Source: a bacterium (GTDB lineage Bacteria > Pseudomonadota > Alphaproteobacteria > CAJXXZ01 > DAHXLG01). From it: 64,000 nucleotides of DNA. The stretch spans positions 2,247-66,246 of the forward strand of contig DAHXLG010000002.1 of NCBI GenBank assembly GCA_027371775.1. The letters run 5' to 3'. The notes under the pieces are model-generated. The model made no database searches. It was given only the letters and a program-made list of their open reading frames with translations, and was not told the DNA's origin. Made by a program: the position numbers and the translations under genes. Numbering within the stretch: position 1 is the stretch's first letter; the number at the start of each line of letters is the position of its first letter. Positions 1-9,650 of the stretch are shown here, piece by piece.

Positions 1-2174
1 ATATAAGGAGCCTCTGGTACTTTCAATGGAAGTGCCTGCCTTTGCATGTTTGAGCCCATGAGAGCTCGACCTGGATCATCATTTTCAATAAACGGAATTA
101 ATGATGCTGCAACAGACAAAATTTGTCCAGAAGAAACATCAATATATTCAACTTCGCTAGATGGCAATATATAATAATCACCATTTTTACGACAAGAAAC
201 CGTTGTATCAGCAATGTATCCGTTCTCATCAACATTAACGCAATAAGAAGCAATCGCATGACTTTCTTCTTCCTGCGCATTCAAATACACAACTTCATCT
301 AGAATTTTTCCATTTGAAACTTTGCGGTAAGGTGTTTGAATGAAACCATACTCATCAATGCGTGCCTGCATTGCAAGATAGTTAATTAAACCAATGTTCT
401 GACCTTCAGGAGTCTCTACTGCACAAATTCTTCCATAGTGAGTTGAATGAACGTCACGCACTTCGAAAGTAGCACGCAAGCTATCCAATCCACCTGGACC
501 CATAGCCGTTACTCTTCGCTTATGGCTAACTTCAGCAAGAGCATTGATGTTATCCATAATTTGGGATAATTGAGAAGTGCCGAAGAATTCACGTAATGCT
601 GCTCCCAACATTTTTGAGTTTACAAGATCATGCAAATCAACTTCGTCTTCTGTTTCAATCATATTTAAACGCTCTTTTAGAGACTTTGCAACTTTGAACA
701 TGGCCGCACGACATTGGTTAGCTACCAACTCACCAACAGATCTTACTCTTCTAAATCCAAGATGATCAATATCATCAACATTTTCCTTACCATCTTTAAC
801 TGCCAAAAGACCCTTGATAACTGCAATAAAATCTTCCTTATGCAAAATACGAGCATTGTTATCACTAATTTCACACTCGTAACCTTGAGGATACCACTTC
901 TTCAACCGAGCATTCATTTTGATTCTTCCAACAATCGATAAATCGTAACGATCAAAATCAAAGAACATTGATTGGAACAAACGTATAGCTCCATCAAATG
1001 TTGATACCTCACCAGGACGCATAATTCTATAGAAACTATGCAAAGCTTCTTCTAATGTGTTGTTCTTATCTGAAACTAATGTATCGCGCAAATAGCTACC
1101 CACTCTGATGTGATCAATGTCTAGGAATGAAAGTGTTTTTAGATTTTCTAATGCTGGCAAATCATCTTCTGTTATCTCTGCGCCTAGAGCTAACGTTCCA
1201 TTGCCAGATTTTGTTTCAACCGCAACTTCGTCTGCTAAATAGAAACCCACAAATGCTTCTGTCTTTACGCAAAGCTTCCCAGCTTCGCTCATTTCTTTCA
1301 ATCTCTTTGAGTTGATTTTTATTCCAGATTTTATAAGCAGCTCGCCTTTTGATGTATAAATATCAAATGCCGTACGGGCACCTTTCCATGATTCTTCTAC
1401 AAAATCAAACTCCCAACCATGCTTTGTCTTTTTGTAATTAACAACATTATAAAATGTTTCTAAAATTGATTTTTTTGAAAATAACTTGAAATCTTTTTTC
1501 TCTAGACCTTCTTTTTGCATCTGATCTGGAGTTCCTAAATTCAACAACATCAAAAATGTTGTCAAAAGCAATTTGCGCTTTTTATCAATACGAGCCCAAC
1601 ATAATCCCTTTTGATCAATTTCAAAATCTAACCACGCTCCGCGATATGGAACCACGTGAGCAGAATAAACTTTTCTCAACCCTTGGCTTTTGAAATTTTC
1701 CGCGTCAAAAAATACACCAGCTGATTTGTGCAACTGAGAAACGATAACTCTATACGACCCGTTAATAACAAATGCTCCGTTATCTGTCATTAATGGAACA
1801 TCGGCAAAAAACACCTCCTGCTCCTTCACTTCTTTGACAATTCTCTCAGATCCCTTTCCTTCGTAACGAATCACACGCAATCTTGCTTTTATAGCAGAAG
1901 AATATGTCAAATCTTTCTTCACGCAATCTTCCTCATTATATTCTGGCGGCTCAACGCTGTAGCTCAAAAATTCAATATGATTCCTAGCATTAGGATCATC
2001 TAAATTTAAAACTTCCTTAAAAATAGCCTGAAGGCCTTCCATTTTTCGTTTATTTGGCACAACATCCGCTTGGAGAAACGCTCTATAAGAACTTTTTTGA
2101 ATATCAATCAGGTTCGAGGTCTCAATATTCTTGTTCAGTTTTCCAAAAGATCTTCTAGTAAAAAAATCACCCAT
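1..2174 (-). CDS. rpoB: DNA-directed RNA polymerase beta subunit, N-terminal ~724 codons (3' part runs off the left edge)
   Basis: Absent from the ORF track because it is open to the window edge. My minus-strand translation from the ATG (complement of 2172-2174) reads MGDFFTRRSFGKLNKNIETSNLIDIQKSSYRAFLQ...PLMTDNGAFVINGSYRVIVSQLHKSAGVFF...HLGFRRVRSVGELVANQ...SQLSQIMDNINALAEVSHKRRVTAMGPGGL...VRDVHSTHYGRICAVETPEGQNIGLI. These are classic RpoB blocks. Confidence 0.9.
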   Translation of the reverse strand, partial: MGDFFTRRSFGKLNKNIETSNLIDIQKSSYRAFLQADVVPNKRKMEGLQAIFKEVLNLDDPNARNHIEFLSYSVEPPEYNEEDCVKKDLTYSSAIKARLRVIRYEGKGSERIVKEVKEQEVFFADVPLMTDNGAFVINGSYRVIVSQLHKSAGVFFDAENFKSQGLRKVYSAHVVPYRGAWLDFEIDQKGLCWARIDKKRKLLLTTFLMLLNLGTPDQMQKEGLEKKDFKLFSKKSILETFYNVVNYKKTKHGWEFDFVEESWKGARTAFDIYTSKGELLIKSGIKINSKRLKEMSEAGKLCVKTEAFVGFYLADEVAVETKSGNGTLALGAEITEDDLPALENLKTLSFLDIDHIRVGSYLRDTLVSDKNNTLEEALHSFYRIMRPGEVSTFDGAIRLFQSMFFDFDRYDLSIVGRIKMNARLKKWYPQGYECEISDNNARILHKEDFIAVIKGLLAVKDGKENVDDIDHLGFRRVRSVGELVANQCRAAMFKVAKSLKERLNMIETEDEVDLHDLVNSKMLGAALREFFGTSQLSQIMDNINALAEVSHKRRVTAMGPGGLDSLRATFEVRDVHSTHYGRICAVETPEGQNIGLINYLAMQARIDEYGFIQTPYRKVSNGKILDEVVYLNAQEEESHAIASYCVNVDENGYIADTTVSCRKNGDYYILPSSEVEYIDVSSGQILSVAASLIPFIENDDPGRALMGSNMQRQALPLKVPEAPY

Positions 2175-2834
2175 TATAACAACACACCTTATCTTAAAAA
2201 AAATAACAGATTTGTGAAGTTTTGTGAAGGGGAGTCTGAATGGAGTATTTTAATGGATCATCAATATTTTTGCAAGCGAAATTTTGCGCCCAAAAATGGC
2301 CAATTTGTACGGAGAAAATTTATCAACGAGCCAATAAATACACATGTTTTTATCAGCACACATTAATAATGATACTAATTACAATAAAATATCAAATCTA
2401 TCCTTTTTGCTTTTTTTGCTTTATTTTGTAAGCTAACTTTTTGGAGCACTAACTTTATTTGACACACTAAAAATAACGAGACTCAGCAATCCATCCATTT
2501 AAAGCGATGGTATATCTCATACTTAAATAGCTTCTGCATAAACCAAAACAAATGCGATCTTTTAATTAAATAATCATTTTTCTTTATAAGAGCTTGGTAT
2601 CGCTAAGTTGCTTTCCAATGAGACTAAATTTGAACATAAAAATTCTCAAGACAATAAGTAATCCTTGCATGCTTCAAAGCTATTGCCATGTTAATTAAAT
2701 TGCATAATAAATCTGATTGTTCTTCCAAATGAGACTCAGATTTATCACAATTAAAAAACACGCGCCTCTCTAACAACAAAACAGATTGCAAATCCTTTTT
2801 CATGAAAGCAATAATTAATATCCATATTCATTGC

Positions 2835-3683
2835 TTAGAAATCTCTGTTAAAATCTACTGCTCCAACTAACGAAAGTTTCATTCCAATTTCCAAATCAAT
2901 TTCGCTTAACTTCTGCCAGACTTCAATTGCCTCTAAAGCTCTAATCAAAGAACTAAATTGACCACGATCAGCATAGCCAACAAATTTGGTAATTTTCCGA
3001 ATTTTTTCTTGCACAACTCGAATTTCAGCCGTAATTTTAGAATTAATAAAACTTGATACTTCTTTATATCTAGGATTCAAATTTGGTGTAATAGATCCTT
3101 TTTTAACAATATCAATCCAGAGTCTCAATGAGCCATGAAACTCTTCTGGATTAACTCTATCTTCTTCAGATCTGTTTTTTCTCACTTCCAGCAAATCATT
3201 GCTCAACATCTTTAATGCGCGCACTAATGCCAAACTATGCTCTTGCAATTTTTCTTTTTGCTGTTTTTGCTCAATAGTTTCTTCAACAGCTACTTTATAC
3301 ATTTTAGAAAAAGGGAGCTCTAAAATTGCTAACCTGCGCTCAAGAATTACCCTTTTCTCGTCCAAACTATTAATTTCTTGCAACAATTGATTTGTTCGAG
3401 AATTGACCTCTGAATCTTCTATATCACTTAACTCCTCAGCGATATCTTTTAATGAGCTATAAGTCAACTCATCCGAATCAAACACCACCACTTGATCAAA
3501 ACAAAAATGCAACAATTCTTGCAAAATTTGCTGCGATTGATCGTCTTGCTCATATCCAAAATACTCATACGCTTCATTTCTAGATGTAACCCCAAAAAAT
3601 CCTTCCAACTGAGCACTTACACTAATCACAAATATCCCAAAAATACTAAAATGCCAATTACTAAACAAAACACTTACCCACAA
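2835..3683 (-). CDS. hypothetical secreted/coiled-coil protein, member of the YFGxEQ-leader family
   Basis: 282-aa ORF. It has a hydrophobic N-terminus (FSIFGIFVISVSAQ) followed by EAYEYFGYEQDDQSQQILQELL, which matches the leader shared with five other ORFs in the window. The rest is charged and helical. The start is a TTG in the track and no nearby ATG is present, so the start is uncertain. Confidence 0.5.
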   Translation of the reverse strand: MWVSVLFSNWHFSIFGIFVISVSAQLEGFFGVTSRNEAYEYFGYEQDDQSQQILQELLHFCFDQVVVFDSDELTYSSLKDIAEELSDIEDSEVNSRTNQLLQEINSLDEKRVILERRLAILELPFSKMYKVAVEETIEQKQQKEKLQEHSLALVRALKMLSNDLLEVRKNRSEEDRVNPEEFHGSLRLWIDIVKKGSITPNLNPRYKEVSSFINSKITAEIRVVQEKIRKITKFVGYADRGQFSSLIRALEAIEVWQKLSEIDLEIGMKLSLVGAVDFNRDF

Positions 3684-3982
3684 AAAAAATTATATAAACA
3701 AATTATTCCAAATATTGTTTTTCTATGCAACCAACTTTGCATAAACGCTCTTCAAGGCAAAAAACGTATCTAACTTGTAACATTACTTTTTATACAAAAC
3801 AACTTTGATACATATTTCGAACACTCAATTGCATATCTTTTATTTCACACAAATCCTGTTGAGTAGTTTTATAGCAAATTCTTGTAGTGCGATACTTCAT
3901 GCGCATTTCTTGCTTAAACAGCGCTCGTTTAGAATTAATAACAATTTCGCTTTCAGCCTTAGTTTGAACCGTTGCTCGAATA

Positions 3983-4222
3983 TTTCTGTCGGATGATTAA
4001 CGGATCGAACCTTCCGACACCCAGTCTTGGAATGTATTCTGTGTAAACGCCTTCTCATTGGAATTTCTGGTGAGTGATGAAGGGATCGAACCTTCCGACC
4101 CCCAGATCTACGTGTTTTGTGTAAACGGCTTCTCATTGGAGTTTCTGTCGGATGATTAACGGATCGAACCTTCCGACCCCAGATCTACGTGTTTTGTGTA
4201 AACGGCTTCTCATTGGAATTTC
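3983..4222 (-). repeat. three tandem tRNA-3'-half-like pseudo-units (77-81 nt period) immediately 3' of tRNA-Val
   Basis: Units start at 3983, 4064 and 4142; the fourth unit, at 4219, is the real tRNA. Each unit keeps GTTTACAC (anticodon-loop remnant), GGTTCGATCC (T-loop) and an acceptor-like 3' end, but lacks the 5' half. Two alternating variants occur: ...ggatgattaacggatcgaacc in units 1 and 3, and ...ggtgagtgatgaagggatcgaacc in units 2 and 4. This fits a ~158-bp AB unit duplicated once. Confidence 0.8.
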
Positions 4223-4297
4223 TGGTGGGTGATGAAGGGATCGAACCTCCGACCCATTCGGTGTAAACGAATCGCTCTACCGCTGAGCTAATCACCC
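4223..4297 (-). tRNA. tRNA-Val (anticodon UAC), CCA encoded
   Basis: The minus strand reads GGGTGAT...TAGCTCAGCGGTAGAGCG...ATTCG-TTTACAC-CGAAT...GGTTCGATCCCTTC-ATCACCC-A-CCA. The acceptor stem is a perfect 7 bp, the T-loop is canonical, and the anticodon loop TTTACAC gives TAC. Confidence 0.9.
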
Positions 4298-4423
4298 ATA
4301 CCATGATTTTATACATTTATTTGGAATTATGCAATAAAGATTTTTTGTATTTTGCTAGCCATCTCAACTCTTAAAGACATCTTGAAAAAAAAACCTTTAT
4401 TTGTTACAATTTATGCGAATATT

Positions 4424-5998
4424 ATGCAATACAAAATAATAAATAAACTGACCATTATGACACTAGCAACTTGTTTAAGTCATTCTGCTCCAAAAAAAAT
4501 GGTCTTAGATAGCAACGAAGCAAGAGACCAGGCAATTCTGACTACTTTAGACGAAGCAAATCGTAGAGTTAACTCTCTCCTTATACAAGACAAAAAGATA
4601 CTGCTTTTGCATTTTAAAAAAACTCTTTATTCGCACCTAGTGCTTATGTTGCCAAAACCATTGCACGAGCCAGGACAACCATGTTCAGACTGGCCAATTG
4701 CTATGTTGCTATCAGAAATCATCCCAAACTTTTCTTGTGGAGAAAAAAGAGAAGCTAGACAAACTTACTCTTACGAACCAAATGAAGTAAACAGAACTAT
4801 TCGCAATTTGCTAGCACAATGCGAAAAAATATATGAAGAAGATTCTAAAATTCCAAAAACAAGCCAACCTATTGAACTTCGCGCGCAAATTATAACTTAT
4901 AACTTTGCTTACAAAACACTCTGCATGCTTGAGGAAATTGATACAAATGCTCAGATTAATGAGATAAAAGCATTCGCTGTTGCCCTCAAATGCACCTGCC
5001 AATCAATTTCAGATTCTATACGCAATATCGAGCCAATCGAAAGCTATGTAAAATATAACAAATACTTAGAAACAATCGCTTCCATTTCAATCTCATCAAT
5101 ATACACACAACTAATTTGGCAATATATCGAGGAACACGCAGACTATTTAAAAGTGTCTTTAATTAAAATTCTTAAACAAGACAAAATTAGAAGAGCAGCA
5201 TTTATTTCAGATATTAACATTGCAATTGAAAACATAGATTCAGAAAAAAACCCACTGATAAACACAGATTTAAAAGCTTATTTATCTGCAACATTTAGAA
5301 ATCTACTTAGGGTACTATCTCAAACGCCAAGCACACCTATTTCTGCAAGCACATCAAATCGCTCACTAAAGCTAGTTTTTTACATTGAAAATATATTACG
5401 CCATCTGCATGTGCAAACTTCAGAACATAAAACTTATGTACTAGCATCATGTGTTGTACTTAACCACATCAAGTTGCTAAACATTTTGTTATTTGATGAA
5501 TTTAATTCAAAAGCAAATATAAAGCTTTCATTCATAGGCATAATCCTAAAACAAAAACAACTGCATATGATAGACTGCCTCACATTTCCTTATGCAATTG
5601 AATACTTTCTAGCACTTCTTAAAACCATAAACACAGAAACGTTAAGTGATGAAAAGAGTTCGATGGACCAAAATTTACTTGTTGAAAGCACTATCCAAAA
5701 AATTCAAGATAATTCAGATCAATTAACGGCTCAATCAACATTTCTTTCATGGCTCCTAGAGCAACAAAAAAGAGCTCAAGAAGACGAAATACCTAATGAT
5801 ACTCAAACACCTGGAGATGCTAGTATACTTAGCTCTAATCGATCATCTTCTTGCGAAGATGAGTCAATGCACAATGCTTTAGCACAAGAAGACAGCTCTA
5901 ACCGGGTTCAAACATCTGTTCTCGAAAGTAGCAGAAATCGAATTAAAACACTATCAGTTTGCGAACAAAAACCATCAGCTCCAGAAACAATGTTTTAA
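4424..5998 (+). CDS. hypothetical protein with an N-terminal hydrophobic/signal-like segment and a Ser-rich acidic C-terminus
   Basis: This is the long ORF 4352-5998 in the track, which starts at a TTG. The first ATG is at 4424 and gives MQYKIINKLTIMTLATCLSHS. I recognise no catalytic motif. Confidence 0.5.
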   Translation: MQYKIINKLTIMTLATCLSHSAPKKMVLDSNEARDQAILTTLDEANRRVNSLLIQDKKILLLHFKKTLYSHLVLMLPKPLHEPGQPCSDWPIAMLLSEIIPNFSCGEKREARQTYSYEPNEVNRTIRNLLAQCEKIYEEDSKIPKTSQPIELRAQIITYNFAYKTLCMLEEIDTNAQINEIKAFAVALKCTCQSISDSIRNIEPIESYVKYNKYLETIASISISSIYTQLIWQYIEEHADYLKVSLIKILKQDKIRRAAFISDINIAIENIDSEKNPLINTDLKAYLSATFRNLLRVLSQTPSTPISASTSNRSLKLVFYIENILRHLHVQTSEHKTYVLASCVVLNHIKLLNILLFDEFNSKANIKLSFIGIILKQKQLHMIDCLTFPYAIEYFLALLKTINTETLSDEKSSMDQNLLVESTIQKIQDNSDQLTAQSTFLSWLLEQQKRAQEDEIPNDTQTPGDASILSSNRSSSCEDESMHNALAQEDSSNRVQTSVLESSRNRIKTLSVCEQKPSAPETMF

Positions 5999-6630
5999 CA
6001 TATGGTTCCTGCTGGATTCCTTGAATCTTGAACTCATGAAACGAATCCTCTACTACAAGAAAAATTTATATAATTAATCAAAACGACCATTTGGTAACTC
6101 TTTCTCAAGCAATCGAACAATCTGCTAATTATATAAAACCTCCATTGCGAGCAATTTCAAATCGCACACTAGTTGAACACGCTTTGCCAACTCATGAAGG
6201 AACCAATAAAATTTTCACACACAAAAATATTCGTGCTATATAAAAATCTTGAAAAATAATTAAGCAATTCAAGTACTTAACTTTCGTATGAAACAAACTC
6301 GCTTGTTTTTTTGTCTTGTTCATACGCAACAAACTAGTTTAAGCAAAAATGAAACAAAACTTGTCTATCTAATACAATTCTATCTAATAAATTTTACATG
6401 AAAATTTTTGCTAATATACCAACAATACAAAAAAATCATTGCAATAACTACGAAAAACAACACGGATCAAATTTAAATGCAATCTCATTTCAAACCTTGC
6501 GTGCAAATATTTTATTAAATAAAAACAATAAATGATGAGCATCAACTATAAAAAAATAATCGAACAATATTAGCTCAAGTAACTTCATTTGCTATCAATA
6601 TTTTGAAAATCGCCATAAACAAAATAATGC

Positions 6631-6908
6631 TTTTTTCTCTTCAAAAATCAGTCTAATGGCCAAACAACATATCGAAAATTTCGTATAAATGTAAAACACG
6701 TAAATCACTATTTTTGCATAAAATCATATCTGACCAGTTATCCTGATATTTTTTAACAAAAAAACTAACTTGTTTTTTCTTTTCAAAAATCATTCTACTA
6801 GCAACTGAGCATATCGAAAATTTAGTATAAATATTGTTTTTATAAAACACATCAATCAATATAATATTTATAAAACCATATCTGATGAGTTATCTTGATA
6901 TTTTTCAT
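6631..6908 (-). repeat. ~145-bp tandem duplication containing the murG 3' end
   Basis: 6631-6757 aligns with 6773-6908 (ttttct(c/t)ttcaaaaatca.tcta...catatcgaaaattt.gtataaat...ataaaa.catatctga..agttatc.tgatattttt). The downstream copy re-encodes KKYQDNWSDMIL, compared with the murG C-terminus EKYQDNSSDMVL. Confidence 0.8.
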
Positions 6909-7914
6909 TTCCTACAATAAATGCACTTGCTTTGTTTTTTGCGTACTGAGGAAAAGCCTTAGATGCGTTATCACACACCTGATAAAAATATTCGTTTGAT
7001 TGTGCGATTTTTATAATGTACTCTGCCAATTTTTTGGAATCATTACCAAACTCAGCTCCTTTATACCCAGCGTAACTGCGCGCATTCTCATATTGATGAT
7101 TTTCAACTGCACTTTCCCATGGCACTAAATAAGCTGCTCGCGCCACTGAAGAAATCTCTGCAATAGATGTTGCTCCTGCTCTTGCGATAATCAAATGACA
7201 CTTACTGAACAACTTTGCTGTATCGTAAAAAGTCTTGCTCTCTACGCTAGCTAAATTGTACTTATCAAACATACCTTTAATATCATCTTTTGTTTGAATA
7301 TATAATCTTATTGTGTGACGCATCTTCTCTGGTAAATTTTCTAATGTATCGATAATTAGTTTTTTCCAATATGCGCTACCCAAGCTGCCACCTACAACAG
7401 CAATGTTTAGATATTCTCCTTTTTTTATAAAACTAAATTCAAAACCTTTGCGTACTGGAATGCCAAAACAATAAGTGTTGCGTCTTTGCTTCAAATTTGT
7501 CTGGGCAAATCCATAAATAACATCAGTCGCAAATGGAATGAGAACTCTGTTCAATCGCGTAACGTGCGAATCTAGCTGATATATAATTGTCTCTTTTCGC
7601 AAAATAGTTGCTGCTATAAATGGAAACAATGAAACATACCCGCCAAAACAAACTACCTTGTCACATTTGAATACTATCAACCCACTCTTTAACATCAAAT
7701 ACGGCGATTTCAAAAAATAACCTAAGCCTAAACGAGCAATAGGCAATATATTCACCCTTGTGAACTCATCATTCACATATTTTGCTCCTCTTAAATCAGT
7801 GATCAGCGTTGTTTTATAACCATGATCTTTTATTTCCTTTGCTAACGCAGCTGCTGGAAATGTATGTCCAGCAGTCCCCCCTGCGCAGAAGATTATATGG
7901 TCTCTTTTCTTCAT
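6868..7914 (-). CDS. murG: UDP-N-acetylglucosamine--N-acetylmuramyl-(pentapeptide) pyrophosphoryl-undecaprenol GlcNAc transferase
   Basis: 348 aa. The N-terminal IIFCAGGTAGHTFPAAALAKEI (G-loop), the C-terminal IIARAGATSIAEI and the overall GT28 layout all fit MurG. Confidence 0.88.
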   Translation of the reverse strand: MKKRDHIIFCAGGTAGHTFPAAALAKEIKDHGYKTTLITDLRGAKYVNDEFTRVNILPIARLGLGYFLKSPYLMLKSGLIVFKCDKVVCFGGYVSLFPFIAATILRKETIIYQLDSHVTRLNRVLIPFATDVIYGFAQTNLKQRRNTYCFGIPVRKGFEFSFIKKGEYLNIAVVGGSLGSAYWKKLIIDTLENLPEKMRHTIRLYIQTKDDIKGMFDKYNLASVESKTFYDTAKLFSKCHLIIARAGATSIAEISSVARAAYLVPWESAVENHQYENARSYAGYKGAEFGNDSKKLAEYIIKIAQSNEYFYQVCDNASKAFPQYAKNKASAFIVGNEKYQDNSSDMVL

Positions 7915-8032
7915 GCGTTTTTATTCTACAAAAATCAGAAGTATCACGCCACTATCAAAAAATATCAAAAGTTAACACTTTTATGCATGATCATTCCAAA
8001 AATCCTAAAATGCTGATATAAATATCTATGTA

Positions 8033-9259
8033 ATGCACGTAAAAAGATCTAGTTATTTTATTCCATTTAAGAAAGATTCAGATGTTCAAGGGCCATTGGG
8101 CAGAATGATCCGTGGAGCTTTTGTACATCAACAAGTATCTGGAATGTATATTTGGCTTCCAATAGGGCTTAGAATGCTTGAAAAAGTTATGAAAATTATC
8201 GAACGAGAACATGAAAAAGTTGGAGCACAAAAATTATTAATGCCAATTTTGCATGAAGCAAATTTGTGGAAACAAAGTGGACGCTATCAAGAATATGGCC
8301 CTGAAATGCTCAAGATAATAGATAGACACGAACGCGAATTTGTTTATGGACCAAGTGCTGAAGAAATGTTCACGCAAATTCTCACAAAATGGCCGTTGAA
8401 TAAAAATTCATTTCCAATGATTTTGTACAATATGCAATGGAAGTTCCGTGACGAAATTCGCCCTCGCTTTGGAGTTATTCGATCACGTGAGTTTCTTATG
8501 AAAGATGCATACTCGTTTGATAAAACTGAAGAAGATATGATGATAACTTACCAAAAAATGTTTAATGTATACTCTAATATTTTTAGCACTCTAGGCTTGA
8601 ATGTTTGCACTTTTTCTTCTGATGTTGGAATAATGGGAGGCTCTCTTAGCCATGAATTTGTGATTAAATCTGAATTTGGAGAAACAGTTATCGAATTTGA
8701 TAATTGGCCAAAACAACCTTTGCATTGGGAGGAAAAAGATAACGCCCGCGTCATTGAAGGCCAAGAAGCAATGGATACATACACAGCAAAACATGAAAAC
8801 ACTCAAGGTAACAAGTATGCAGAAATTGGACATATTTATGCACTAGGACAAAAATATACTCAAACATTTCGTCTGCTAAACCCAGAAAATCAACAGCCGA
8901 TTTTTATGGGATGCTATGGAATTGGCGTATCACGTCTAGTTGCAATTTTATTCGAAAATCATATAGAAGATTTAGGTGTATGCGCTCCTTTTGAAAAGAC
9001 ACTTATTACAATTGGCCAAGATGAATCTTCAATAGAATTAGCACAAAAAATATTCGATAATACTCAAGAAATAATTTGGGATGATCGCGATGTTTCGTAT
9101 GGAATTAAGTGCGCAGAAGCTGATTTGCTAGGCTCTCAAATGCAAATACACATTGGTAAAAAAGAAATCGATAACGGACAAATCATAATCAAAGAAAAAG
9201 GCGAAAAGAAAAATTATACAATTGAAGAAGCAATCAATATTCTTACTATAAAAAAATGA
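8033..9259 (+). CDS. proS: prolyl-tRNA synthetase, short form without the INS editing domain
   Basis: Motifs seen: SSYFIPFKKD...SGMYIWLPIGLRMLEKV, class II motif 2 FRDEIRPRFGVIRSREFLMKDAYSF, and motif 3 GCYGIGVSRLVA. At 408 aa there is no insertion domain, as in alphaproteobacterial-type ProRS. Confidence 0.9.
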   Translation: MHVKRSSYFIPFKKDSDVQGPLGRMIRGAFVHQQVSGMYIWLPIGLRMLEKVMKIIEREHEKVGAQKLLMPILHEANLWKQSGRYQEYGPEMLKIIDRHEREFVYGPSAEEMFTQILTKWPLNKNSFPMILYNMQWKFRDEIRPRFGVIRSREFLMKDAYSFDKTEEDMMITYQKMFNVYSNIFSTLGLNVCTFSSDVGIMGGSLSHEFVIKSEFGETVIEFDNWPKQPLHWEEKDNARVIEGQEAMDTYTAKHENTQGNKYAEIGHIYALGQKYTQTFRLLNPENQQPIFMGCYGIGVSRLVAILFENHIEDLGVCAPFEKTLITIGQDESSIELAQKIFDNTQEIIWDDRDVSYGIKCAEADLLGSQMQIHIGKKEIDNGQIIIKEKGEKKNYTIEEAINILTIKK

Positions 9260-9261
9260 TA

Positions 9262-9650
9262 GTACAACATATTTTTCCTTCTCAATCCGCACAATCTTGA
9301 TTTTTCATTCATTTTAATACTCAAGAAACAGAGAAAAGAAGCATCAAAGTACATTGCCACTTATTTGAATACAATATTGCTTATAAATATCCAAATAAAA
9401 GCTCCTACAACAGCGCAAACCATATAAAACAATTTAATTCAATATACATTTTTTGTTATGCATATTTTTCCTAATTGCTCCAATAAGCACAACCTTGGAT
9501 AAATTCAATTTTAATTAGTACTCAAGAGAACAATGAAGCTTCAAAAAAGTACTAATATGCCACTTATTTGAATACAATATTGCTTATAAATATCCAAATA
9601 AAGCTCCTACAACAGCGCAAACCATATAAAACAATTTAATTCAATATACA
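9262..9650 (+). repeat. ~200-bp direct tandem duplication downstream of proS
   Basis: A near-identical 92-nt core (gccacttatttgaatacaatattgcttataaatatccaaataaa(a)gctcctacaacagcgcaaaccatataaaacaatttaattcaatataca) lies at 9356-9448 and 9559-9650. More diverged flanks (catatttttcct...tactcaaga.aaca) occur at about 9262 and 9461. Confidence 0.8.

Noticed and set aside
3897-4136. 79-aa Arg-rich ORF on the minus strand
   Set aside because: It is read straight through the tRNA-3'-half ghost repeats, and its periodic RKVRS sequence simply reflects the repeat. It is not a gene.
6653-6859. 68-aa ORF downstream of murG
   Set aside because: It consists of the duplicated murG tail plus spacer. It is explained by the tandem duplication rather than being an independent gene.
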